From: an uncultured Chloroflexia bacterium
GTDB lineage: Bacteria; Chloroflexota; Limnocylindria; Limnocylindrales; CSP1-4
Assembly (NCBI GenBank): GCA_963734535.1
Contig: CAVTHS010000003.1
Span: 288,001 to 352,000, forward strand
Direction: 5' to 3'
DNA length: 64,000 nucleotides
Of this stretch, positions 49,262-57,744 are shown piece by piece. Below the pieces are notes generated by a model. It saw only the letters and a list, made by a program, of their open reading frames with translations, did not search any database and had not been told where the DNA came from. The number at the start of each line of letters is the position of its first letter. The first letter of the stretch is position 1. The position numbers and the translations under genes are program-made.

Positions 49262-49507
49262 ATGAACGCGTTGAGCGGGACGCGCCTCCCGGGCCCGGGA
49301 CCCCAGAGAGTGGCAGGCATCGGCTGAAACCTGCCACGGCACCCGGCGGACGAGGTACCACCCGCGAGCGGCCGGCGAACCGGTCCGGGATCCGCCCGTT
49401 AGCGCGGCAACCCAGAGCGCGCGACGCGGCAGTCGCGAAATCGGGTGGAACCGCGGGAGGCCGCAGCGGCCCTCTCGTCCCGTGTGGACGAGAGGGTTGT
49501 TCGTTTT
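49262..49507 (+). promoter_or_regulatory. T-box riboswitch (Thr)
   Basis: Stem I with AGAGAG bulge and GCTGAAA loop, specifier ACC, T-box AAATCGGGTGGAACCGCG (49438-49455), antiterminator CGTCCC. Confidence 0.92.
49470..49507 (+). terminator. T-box attenuator terminator
   Basis: CCCTCTCGTCC-cgtgt-GGACGAGAGGG followed by TTGTTCGTTTT. Confidence 0.88.
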
Positions 49508-49523
49508 CAGGAGGCAGACGGCC

Positions 49524-51383
49524 ATGGCGGACCAGCAGCGACCCGGCGACGCGGCCGGACCCGGCGTCATCGAGGGTGACGATCTCGCCCTGGAGGCGCC
49601 TGATCGGGGCTCTGCGGACGAGCTCCTCGACGCGGGCGCTCATGCCCCGCTCGACCTGATGCGTCACTCGGCGGCCCACGTGATGGCAGAGGCGGTCCTT
49701 GGCCTCTTCCCGGGGGCGCGCCTGGGAATCGGACCGGCCGTCGCGGAGGGGTTCTACTACGACTTCGAGCTTCCGCGGCCGCTCACCCCGGATGACCTCG
49801 CGGCCGTCGAGGAGCGGATGCGGACGAGCATCGCGGCGGACCATCCGTTCGTCCGGCGTGAGCTGCCGTTCGACGAGGCGCGAACGCTTGTTGCCGCCGA
49901 CGACCAGTCGTTCAAGGTGGAGATCCTCGACGACCTGGCCGCGAAGGCCGCGGCGGCGGGGGAGCCGCTGCCCGTCACGACGTTCTACGAGCACGGCGCG
50001 TTCCGCGACCTCTGCCGCGGGCCGCACGTCGAGTCGACCGGGCGGATCGGCCCCTTCCGGCTCCTCGCGGTGGCCGGCGCCTACTGGCGCGGGCAGGAGT
50101 CCAGGCCGATGCTCCAGCGCGTCTATGGCACGGTCTGGGAGAGCCAGGAGGACCTGGACCGTTTCCTGTGGCGCCGCGAGGAGGCCAGGAAGCGCGACCA
50201 TCGCCGCCTCGGCGTCCAGCTCGACCTGTTCAGCTTCCACGACGTCAGCCCGGGATCCGCCTTCTGGCACCCGAAGGGCCAGCGCCTCTGGCGGACGCTC
50301 GAGACCGCCATGCGCGAGCTCCAGGAGCGCCACGGGTACGAGGAGGTCTCCACGCCGATCCTGGTCAACCACCGGCTCTGGGAGCAGTCCGGCCACTGGG
50401 ATCACTACCGCGACAACATGTTCGTCCTCGACATCGAGGACCAGGCCTACTCGCTCAAGCCGATGAACTGCCCCGAGAGCACCTTCATCTACCGCTCCAA
50501 GACGCGTTCCTACCGCGACCTGCCCCTCCGCCTCTCCGAGTTCGGCCGGCTCCACCGCAACGAGCGAAGCGGCGTGCTCCACGGGCTGACGCGGGTCCGG
50601 CAGTTCGTGCAGGACGACGCCCACGTCTACGTGCGGCCCGACCAGCTGGCGGACGAGATCGGCCGGCTCATCGCGATGGTCCGCGAGTCGTACGGCTGGT
50701 TCGGCCTCCAGCCCCGCTACACGTTCGCGACCAAGCCCGACGGCGCGATCGGCGACGACGCCCTGTGGGAGCGGGCCGAGACGATGATCCGGTCCGCCCT
50801 CGACGACGCGGGCGTGACCTACACGGTCAAGCCCAAGGACGGCACGTTCTACGCGCCGAAGATCGACATCTACATCGACGACGCGCTGGGGCGCGAGTGG
50901 CAGATGGCGACGATCCAGGCCGATCTCACCATGCTGCCCGAGCGCTTCGATCTCACCTACATCGACGAGCACGGCGCGCCGCAGCGCCCGATCGCCCTCC
51001 ACCGGGCCATCTACGGCTCGCTGGAGCGGTTCATCGGCATCCTGATCGAGCACTTCGGAGGCGCCCTCCCGCTCTGGGTGGCGCCCGTCCAGGTCGCGCT
51101 CATCCCGATCGCCGACCGGCACGCAGATCCGGCCGACGAGCTCGCCACGCTCCTGCGCGGGCGCGGGCTGCGCGTCGACGTGGACCGCACGGACAGCCGG
51201 ATGCAGAACAAGATCCGGCTCGCCCAGGAGCAGAAGGTGCCCGTGATGGTGATCCTGGGCGACCGCGAGGTGGAGGCCCGCACCGCGTCCGTTCGCCGGC
51301 GCGACGGCAGCCAGGAGCAGGGCGTGGCGTGGGACGACCTCGCCGCGCGCCTCGCCGAGGAGGCCGCCGCTCGCGCCGTCTGA
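49524..51383 (+). CDS. thrS: Threonyl-tRNA synthetase
   Basis: MRHSAAHVMA, GFYYDF, DLCRGPH, RDHRRLG, KPMNCP, SYRDLPLR, FYAPKID, HRAIYGSLERF. Confidence 0.97.
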   Translation: MADQQRPGDAAGPGVIEGDDLALEAPDRGSADELLDAGAHAPLDLMRHSAAHVMAEAVLGLFPGARLGIGPAVAEGFYYDFELPRPLTPDDLAAVEERMRTSIAADHPFVRRELPFDEARTLVAADDQSFKVEILDDLAAKAAAAGEPLPVTTFYEHGAFRDLCRGPHVESTGRIGPFRLLAVAGAYWRGQESRPMLQRVYGTVWESQEDLDRFLWRREEARKRDHRRLGVQLDLFSFHDVSPGSAFWHPKGQRLWRTLETAMRELQERHGYEEVSTPILVNHRLWEQSGHWDHYRDNMFVLDIEDQAYSLKPMNCPESTFIYRSKTRSYRDLPLRLSEFGRLHRNERSGVLHGLTRVRQFVQDDAHVYVRPDQLADEIGRLIAMVRESYGWFGLQPRYTFATKPDGAIGDDALWERAETMIRSALDDAGVTYTVKPKDGTFYAPKIDIYIDDALGREWQMATIQADLTMLPERFDLTYIDEHGAPQRPIALHRAIYGSLERFIGILIEHFGGALPLWVAPVQVALIPIADRHADPADELATLLRGRGLRVDVDRTDSRMQNKIRLAQEQKVPVMVILGDREVEARTASVRRRDGSQEQGVAWDDLAARLAEEAAARAV

Positions 51384-51490
51384 CGAGGGGCATGTGGTAT
51401 TCTCCGCCGGCGAACCGCGCCCGCTGGCGCGCGTGCTCCTGCACGCCGTCGACGGGCGCATGATGACTCGAAAGCACGAAGGGGTCGACG

Positions 51491-52183
51491 ATAAGCCGAG
51501 AGCTGCGTGTCAACCAGATGATCCGGATCAGCCAGGTGCGGGTCATCGACGAAGAGGGGACTCAGCTCGGCGTCATGGCGACGGGCGATGCTCTTCGACT
51601 GGCACAGGAGCGCGGCTACGACCTCGTCGAGGTTGCGCCGACCGCGTCGCCTCCCGTGACGCGTCTTCTCGACTACGGCCAGTACAAGTACGAGCTGGCC
51701 AAGCGCGAGAAGGAAGCCAAGCGGAAGTCCCGGTCGGTCGAGTTCAAGGAGGTCCGCCTCAAGCCGAAGATCGGCGTGGGCGACTTCGACACGAAGGTCC
51801 GACGGGCAATCGAGTTCCTGGAGGATGGCGATCGGATCAAGGTGGCCGTCCAGTTCCGCGGTCGAGAGCTGACCCACCCGCACCTTGGGCGGGAGCTGCT
51901 CGCGAAGTTCGCGGACCAGATCAAGGACCATGGCGTCCTCGAGCGAGCGCCGCTCCTCGAGGGAAAGTCGATGCATATCACGATCGCGTCGACCCACAAG
52001 CCGAAGCCGCGCGAGGCGACCGGCGGGGCAACCGCCCCGGACGACGCACCGCAGCCGGCGGAGACGGAGGGTGCTGCACCAGCGGCACCTGAGGGTGTCG
52101 CACCGGCGGCACCCGAGGGTGTCGCACCGGCGGCCGCGGTCGACGCAGCGGGCACCATGCCCGCCGCACCAGCGGGAGAGTGA
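51491..52183 (+). CDS. infC: Translation initiation factor IF-3 (ATA start)
   Basis: GAAGGGG SD then ATA-AGC-CGA-GAG-CTG-CGT-GTC-AAC (ISRELRVN); DLVEVAP, KEVRLKP, FRGRE. Confidence 0.93.
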   Translation: MSRELRVNQMIRISQVRVIDEEGTQLGVMATGDALRLAQERGYDLVEVAPTASPPVTRLLDYGQYKYELAKREKEAKRKSRSVEFKEVRLKPKIGVGDFDTKVRRAIEFLEDGDRIKVAVQFRGRELTHPHLGRELLAKFADQIKDHGVLERAPLLEGKSMHITIASTHKPKPREATGGATAPDDAPQPAETEGAAPAAPEGVAPAAPEGVAPAAAVDAAGTMPAAPAGE

Positions 52184-52190
52184 GTCGGGC

Positions 52191-52397
52191 GTGCCGAAGC
52201 TGAAGACCCATAAGGGAGCCCAGAAGCGGATCGGGGTGACCGGGAGCGGGAAGCCGATCCGTGTCAAGTCGTGGCGCGGCCACCACCTGGAGCTGAAGTC
52301 GTCGCGGCGAACCCGCCGCTACGACGGCAAGGCTGTGCTCGGCAGCGAGCATGCGCGCCAGATCCAGCACCTCCTCCCGTACCTCAAGAAGGGCTGA
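52191..52397 (+). CDS. rpmI: 50S ribosomal protein L35
   Basis: PKLKTHKGAQKR..TGSGK..HHL..KS..LLPY. Confidence 0.95.
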   Translation: MPKLKTHKGAQKRIGVTGSGKPIRVKSWRGHHLELKSSRRTRRYDGKAVLGSEHARQIQHLLPYLKKG

Positions 52398-52400
52398 CCC

Positions 52401-52751
52401 ATGGCTCGCGTCAAGCGGGGCGTCACCGCCCACAAGCGCCACAAGCGGCTCCTGAACGCGTCCGAGGGCCGCAAGGGGACGCGCTCGAGGCTGATCAAGC
52501 CGGCCCACGAAGCGCTCCTCCACGCCCTCGCCTACGCGACCCGCGACCGCAAGGTCCGCAAGCGCGACTTCCGCCAGCTCTGGATCATCCGGATCAACGC
52601 CGCGGCCCGGATGCACGGCATCACGTACAGCGCCTTCATCCAGGGCCTCAAGAAGGCCGAGATCGAGATCGATCGCAAGATCCTTGCCGACATCGCCGTC
52701 CGCGACGACGGCACGTTCGGCCGGATCGTCGAGGTTGCCCGGGGCGCCTGA
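52401..52751 (+). CDS. rplT: 50S ribosomal protein L20
   Basis: [39 protein letters not shown]. Confidence 0.97.
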   Translation: MARVKRGVTAHKRHKRLLNASEGRKGTRSRLIKPAHEALLHALAYATRDRKVRKRDFRQLWIIRINAAARMHGITYSAFIQGLKKAEIEIDRKILADIAVRDDGTFGRIVEVARGA

Positions 52752-52757
52752 CGGGAC

Positions 52758-53801
52758 GTGGACCTTGCCACGCTGACCAGCCAGCTCCACGCGCTCGGCG
52801 AGGAGGCGCTCCCGAAGATCGCCGCGGCGCCGGACGTCGCGACGCTCGACGATCTTGATATCGCCTACCTCGGCCGCAAGGGCGGCGCGCTCTCGAGCCT
52901 CATGCGCGGCATCGGACAGCTGCCCGCCGACGATCGGCCGCGCGTCGGCGTGGTGGTCAACGAGGTTCGCCAGGCCGTCGAGACGGCGCTCGAGGAGGCA
53001 CGCCGGCGAACCGCCGACGCGGCCCTGACCGCGCGCCTGGTGGCCGAAACGGTCGACGTCACAACGCCCGGGCGGCCGCTCGCGCGCGGGAGCCTCCACC
53101 CGATCGTGGAGACCATCGGGCGGATCGCGGAGATCTTCGGCCAGTTCGGGTTCGTGACCTACGAAGGGCCGGAAGTCGAGAGCGACGCGACGAACTTCCA
53201 GATGCTCAACATCCCGCCGGATCACCCCGCCAGGGACCTCTGGGACACGATGTACGTCGACATCGAGGGCGGGCTCCTCCGCACGCACACATCGCCGGGC
53301 CAGATCCGGGTGATGCACACCGAGAGCCCGCCGATCCGCGCGCTCCTGCCGGGCCGCTGCTTCCGCTACGAGGCGGTCGACGCGTCGCACGCCTCCGAGT
53401 TCTTCCAGGTCGAAGGGCTCATGGTGGACGAGGGGACGAACCTCGGCGACCTTCGCGGGCTCCTCGACGAGTTCGCCCACGCGATGTTCGGCGCGGGGCG
53501 CGCCACGCGGTTCCGCCCGGGCTACTACCCGTTCACCGAGCCGTCGGTGGCGTTCGACGTGGGGTGCCTCGTGTGCGGCGGCATCGGTTGCCCGGCCTGC
53601 GGGCGGACCGGCTGGATGACGATCCTCGGGGCCGGCATGGTCCACCCGGTCGTGCTGCGGCACGGCGGCATCGATCCGGAACGCTACCAGGGGTTCGCGT
53701 TCGGGATGGGCGTGGAGCGGATCGCGATGCTCCGCCACGGGATCGGCGATATCCGGGTCTTCCTCGACAACGACCTCCGCCTCATGGAGCAGTTCCGGTG
53801 A
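52758..53801 (+). CDS. pheS: Phenylalanyl-tRNA synthetase alpha
   Basis: LNIPPDHPARD, LLRTHTSPGQIR, YPFTEPS, GAGMVHP, GFAFGMGVERIAM. Confidence 0.97.
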   Translation: MDLATLTSQLHALGEEALPKIAAAPDVATLDDLDIAYLGRKGGALSSLMRGIGQLPADDRPRVGVVVNEVRQAVETALEEARRRTADAALTARLVAETVDVTTPGRPLARGSLHPIVETIGRIAEIFGQFGFVTYEGPEVESDATNFQMLNIPPDHPARDLWDTMYVDIEGGLLRTHTSPGQIRVMHTESPPIRALLPGRCFRYEAVDASHASEFFQVEGLMVDEGTNLGDLRGLLDEFAHAMFGAGRATRFRPGYYPFTEPSVAFDVGCLVCGGIGCPACGRTGWMTILGAGMVHPVVLRHGGIDPERYQGFAFGMGVERIAMLRHGIGDIRVFLDNDLRLMEQFR

Positions 53802-56302
53802 GGGTGCCGCTCGAGTGGCTGCGCGACTACGTGGACCTCGACCTGGACCCGGAGGCGCTGGCCGAGCGCCTGACGCTCCTGGGGTTCGAGGTCAGGAGCC
53901 TCGAGCGATGGGGGTCCGAGTGGCGCAACGTGGTCGTGGGCGAGCTGCTGACGGTCGAGAAGCATCCGCGCGCGGACCGCCTCTCCCTGGCGACCGTTCG
54001 CGTGGGGGCGGGAGAGCCGCTCCAGATCGTCTGCGGCGCGACCAACATCGCACCGGGCCAGCGAGTGCCCGTCGCGTTGCCGGGCGCCCTCCTTCCCGGC
54101 AACCGCGCAATCGAGCGCACCGAGAAGATGGGCGTGGTCAGCAACGGGATGCTCTGCTCCGGCGACGAGCTCCGCCTGAGCGTCGACGGCGAGGGGATCC
54201 TGATCCTTCCGGCAGGGACGCCGCTCGGGGCCGCCCTCACGGACCTCTACGGCGACTGGGTCCTGGACGTGGATGTGAAGCCCAACCGCGGCGACGCCCT
54301 CTGTCTCGTCGGCCTGGCGCGCGAGGTGGCCGCCGCGACCGGGGTGCCGGCGCGCTTCCCGCAGGTCACTCTGACCGAGGACGGTGCGCCGATCGACGAG
54401 CTCCTCGCGGTGCACGTCGAGGACCCGGGGCTCTGTCCCCGGTTCGTCGGCCGCGTGGTTCGGGGCGTCGGCGTGGCCCCCTCGCCCCAGGACGTCCAAC
54501 GGCGCCTCCTCGCCGCCGGGATGCGGCCCGTCAGCAACGTCGTGGACGCCACGAACTACGCGATGCTCGAGCTGGGCAAGCCGACCCACGCCTTCGACGC
54601 CGCCGCGGTCGCGCGGGACGCCTCGGGGCGGGCCGGGCTGGTGGTCCGGACGGCCGCCGCGGGCGAACGCCTCGAGACGCTCGATCACGTCGAGCGTTCG
54701 CTGTCCGGGGAGACGCTCCTCATCGCCGATGCGAACGGACCGCTCGCGATCGCCGGGGTCATGGGCGGAGCCGCGTCCGAGGTGGCGGAGTCGACGGCAG
54801 AGGTGATCATCGAGTCCGCGGTCTTCGACCCCGTGAGCATCAGGCGAACCGCGTTTCGGTATGCGCTTCGATCGGAGGCCAGCCTCCGCTTCGAGAAGGG
54901 CCAGGAGTCCCGGCTGGCCAGGATCGGCGCGGACCGCGTCGCCGGCCTCATCGCCACCTGGGCCGGCGGGAGCGTGGTCGCGGGCCGGATCGACACGGCG
55001 CCCGATGAGCCGGCCCCCGCGCGGGTCGGGTATCGGCCGGCGCGCGTCAATCGACTCCTCGGCACGAGCCTCGATCCTGCTGCACAGGCTGCGCTCCTCG
55101 CGCGGGTCGGCATCGAGAGCGACCCGGCGGCCGCCGGGTCGAACATCCTGATCGCGGCGGACCCGACCCCGCACGACGTGCTTGTCGGGCCCGGCGAGGC
55201 ACGAGACGCCATCGTGCCGTCATGGCGGCGCGACCTGGTCGTCGAGGCGGACATCGCGGAGGAGATCGTGCGCCTTGCCGGCTACGAGACCGTGACCGGG
55301 AAGACCCCTGACACGTCGATGCCCCACGTGCGACCGAACCCGCTGGAGCTCCGCGACGGGCTGCGACGCGCCCTCGCCGCGGCGGGCCTGGTGGAGGTCG
55401 TCACGCCGGCCCTGGTGCCGGCGTCGCAGACAGCGGCGCTCGGGTGGCCCGTCCGGGCGGCGGACGGCGTGCCCGGCGAGCGGGCGGTTGATGGCCCCGT
55501 CATCACCGTCACGAACCCGCTCTCGGAGCGACATTCCGTGCTGCGGCGGGGCGTCGTGGGAAGCCTCCTCGACGTCCTTGCCTTCAACGAGCGGCACGGC
55601 CGAGCGGACGTCGCGATCTTCGAGATCGGGAAGGGCTACGCGAAGGCGCCGGACGGCAGCCCGGCCGAGTGGTGGCGCCTCGCGTTCCTCCTTGCCGGCA
55701 CCGCGGGCCCCCCGGCATGGAACCGCCCCGCACGCCCGTTCGACCTCGACGACGCGAAAGGGATCGTGGAGCTGGTCGGCCGCGTCCTTGGTTTCCCCGA
55801 GCCGCTGTTCACGCTCCACGCCGACGGCGCGCCGCTGCATCCGGGCCGCGCGGCGCTCGCGACAGCCGGCGAAGGGTGCGCCGGGCTCGTCGGCGAGCTC
55901 CACCCGTCGGTCGGAGCCGCGTGGGACCTCCGAGCCGAGCGTGTGCTCGTCGCGGAGCTCGCGATCGCCGGGCTGGCAGGCGGCCAGCTGGCCCCGGTCA
56001 GGATCGTGCCCGTGGGGCGCTTCCCACCGCACGAGCGGGACATCGCGCTCGTCGTGCCGGAGTCCCTCGCCGCCGCGGAGGTGCGCGCGACGCTCCGCGC
56101 CGCCGGGGGCGCCACGCTTCGGCGGATCGGGCTCTTCGACATCTACCGCGGGACGCCGCTTGCGGCGGGGGAGAAGAGCCTCGCCTGGCGGGTCGTCTTC
56201 GCCGCCGAGGATCGGGCGCTCGCGGACGATGAGGTCGACGCCGAGGTCGGCCGGCTCGTCGCGGCGGCCGCGTCCGCGCACGGAGCCCGGCTTCGAACCT
56301 AG
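53798..56302 (+). CDS. pheT: Phenylalanyl-tRNA synthetase beta
   Basis: RVPLEWLRDYV, IVCGATN, SNGMLCS, PNRGDAL, VDATNY, AGVMGG, RFEKG, FDIYRG..KSLA. Confidence 0.96.
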   Translation: MRVPLEWLRDYVDLDLDPEALAERLTLLGFEVRSLERWGSEWRNVVVGELLTVEKHPRADRLSLATVRVGAGEPLQIVCGATNIAPGQRVPVALPGALLPGNRAIERTEKMGVVSNGMLCSGDELRLSVDGEGILILPAGTPLGAALTDLYGDWVLDVDVKPNRGDALCLVGLAREVAAATGVPARFPQVTLTEDGAPIDELLAVHVEDPGLCPRFVGRVVRGVGVAPSPQDVQRRLLAAGMRPVSNVVDATNYAMLELGKPTHAFDAAAVARDASGRAGLVVRTAAAGERLETLDHVERSLSGETLLIADANGPLAIAGVMGGAASEVAESTAEVIIESAVFDPVSIRRTAFRYALRSEASLRFEKGQESRLARIGADRVAGLIATWAGGSVVAGRIDTAPDEPAPARVGYRPARVNRLLGTSLDPAAQAALLARVGIESDPAAAGSNILIAADPTPHDVLVGPGEARDAIVPSWRRDLVVEADIAEEIVRLAGYETVTGKTPDTSMPHVRPNPLELRDGLRRALAAAGLVEVVTPALVPASQTAALGWPVRAADGVPGERAVDGPVITVTNPLSERHSVLRRGVVGSLLDVLAFNERHGRADVAIFEIGKGYAKAPDGSPAEWWRLAFLLAGTAGPPAWNRPARPFDLDDAKGIVELVGRVLGFPEPLFTLHADGAPLHPGRAALATAGEGCAGLVGELHPSVGAAWDLRAERVLVAELAIAGLAGGQLAPVRIVPVGRFPPHERDIALVVPESLAAAEVRATLRAAGGATLRRIGLFDIYRGTPLAAGEKSLAWRVVFAAEDRALADDEVDAEVGRLVAAAASAHGARLRT

Positions 56303-56449
56303 CTCGCCGAGCACGACCCGCGCGAGTCGCCGCAAGTCCGGGTTACATGCGCCCCGACCGCCGACGTATTCTTGCGTGCGGTCCACCCAGCGCGCGCTCG
56401 GGAGGGCCGGAGTCGGCGCCGCACGCGCGCCGCGACACCGGGAGAATGC

Positions 56450-57031
56450 GTGGACATCGTCGGCGCGATCCGGAGCCTGGACCTCTTCGACCTGCTGTTC
56501 GTCTTCTTCGTGTGCGGGTTCTTCCTCGCCGGCTTCGTGCAGGGGACCCTGCGCCGCCTTATCGGCCTGGCGATCCTCCTGGTCTCCATCCTCTTCGCCC
56601 TCAACCTGCGGGACCCGCTCGGGTCCTGGCTGGGCCAGTACTGGACGCAGTTCCCGAAGGAATACTCGACGATGCTCGCCTTCGGGATCAGCTTCGTCGT
56701 GATCTACCTTGGCGCGTCCATCGCGGCGCAGGTGTTCTACAGGCGGACCCAGCTGTTCAGGCGGTCCACCCTGGTGGACGAGCTCATCGGGGGAGCCCTG
56801 GGCGTGCTCCAGGCCATCCTGCTGGTCGGTGCCATGATCATGATCCTGGACTCCTTCTTCCGGGTCCCGGGGATCGCGCCGAGCCCGAACGAGCTGGGGT
56901 TCCTGCGCGACATCTTCCGGTTCTACGATCTGTCGCAGGCGGCCATCCTCTTCCGCGACGTGCTGATCCCGGCGTTCCTGACGCTCTTCGCCTGGATCAC
57001 GCCGGCCAGCCTGCGAGCCTTCTTCGCCTGA
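56450..57031 (+). CDS. cvpA: CvpA-family membrane protein
   Basis: DLLFV..GFVQGTLR; DELIGGALG; position between pheT and mutS2. Confidence 0.8.
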   Translation: MDIVGAIRSLDLFDLLFVFFVCGFFLAGFVQGTLRRLIGLAILLVSILFALNLRDPLGSWLGQYWTQFPKEYSTMLAFGISFVVIYLGASIAAQVFYRRTQLFRRSTLVDELIGGALGVLQAILLVGAMIMILDSFFRVPGIAPSPNELGFLRDIFRFYDLSQAAILFRDVLIPAFLTLFAWITPASLRAFFA

Positions 57032-57054
57032 CGAGCGGCACGCGTTCGAGGTCC

Positions 57055-57744
57055 GTGGGAACGAGGGACGACGCGTCGGCCGACCTCCCGCGGCTGCTCG
57101 CCGGTTCCGTGCTGGACGCCGCCCGCGGGCTGCTGGGCGCCCGCCTGGTCCGCGACGGCGGGGTCGACGCGCGAGTCGCCCGCATCGTCGAGGTGGAGGC
57201 ATACGGCGGCCCGGATGACCTGGCCTCCCATGCCCGCTTCGGGCCGACGGCGCGCAACGGCTCGATGTTCGGCCCGCCCGGGAAGGCGTACGTGTACGGT
57301 GTCTACGGCATGCACACCTGTCTCAACGTCGTCTGCGGACCCGCGGGCACGGCATGGGCGGTCCTCGTCCGGGCAGTCGAGCCGCTTGCGGGCGTTGCCG
57401 CGATGCGGGAGGCGCGACACGTGAAGGCGCTGGCGACCCGGCGGGCAGAGCGCGACGCCCCGGGCCGCGCGGCCGCCCGGATCGCGGCGATCCCCGTGAT
57501 GCGCCTCGCGAGCGGACCCGGCAACGTCGGCGCGGCCTTCTCGATCGTGCCCGCCGACGACGGCTGCGACCTGCTCGACCCGGCGGGCCGGCTCCGGCTG
57601 GAGGCGCGGCCCAGCACGGACCCGTTCCCGGCGCCGGCTTCCGGGCCACGGGTCGGGGTGGGCTTCGCGGGCGCGTGGGCCGAGCGGCCGTGGCGGTTCT
57701 GGGTCGCGGACAGCCCTGCGGTGTCGGGACGGCGGGGACGCTGA
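57055..57744 (+). CDS. mpg: DNA-3-methyladenine glycosylase (AAG/MPG)
   Basis: ARGLLG, RIVEVEAY, ASHA, MFGPPG.AYVY..YGMH.CLN, VLVRAVEP, SGPG, GPRVGV, PWRF. Confidence 0.92.
   Translation: MGTRDDASADLPRLLAGSVLDAARGLLGARLVRDGGVDARVARIVEVEAYGGPDDLASHARFGPTARNGSMFGPPGKAYVYGVYGMHTCLNVVCGPAGTAWAVLVRAVEPLAGVAAMREARHVKALATRRAERDAPGRAAARIAAIPVMRLASGPGNVGAAFSIVPADDGCDLLDPAGRLRLEARPSTDPFPAPASGPRVGVGFAGAWAERPWRFWVADSPAVSGRRGR

Noticed and set aside
52740-52760. T-box leaders for pheS and for tyrS (62860-62936)
   Set aside because: pheS follows rplT by 6 nt; the gap before tyrS is under 90 nt and lacks a GGTGGxACC motif.
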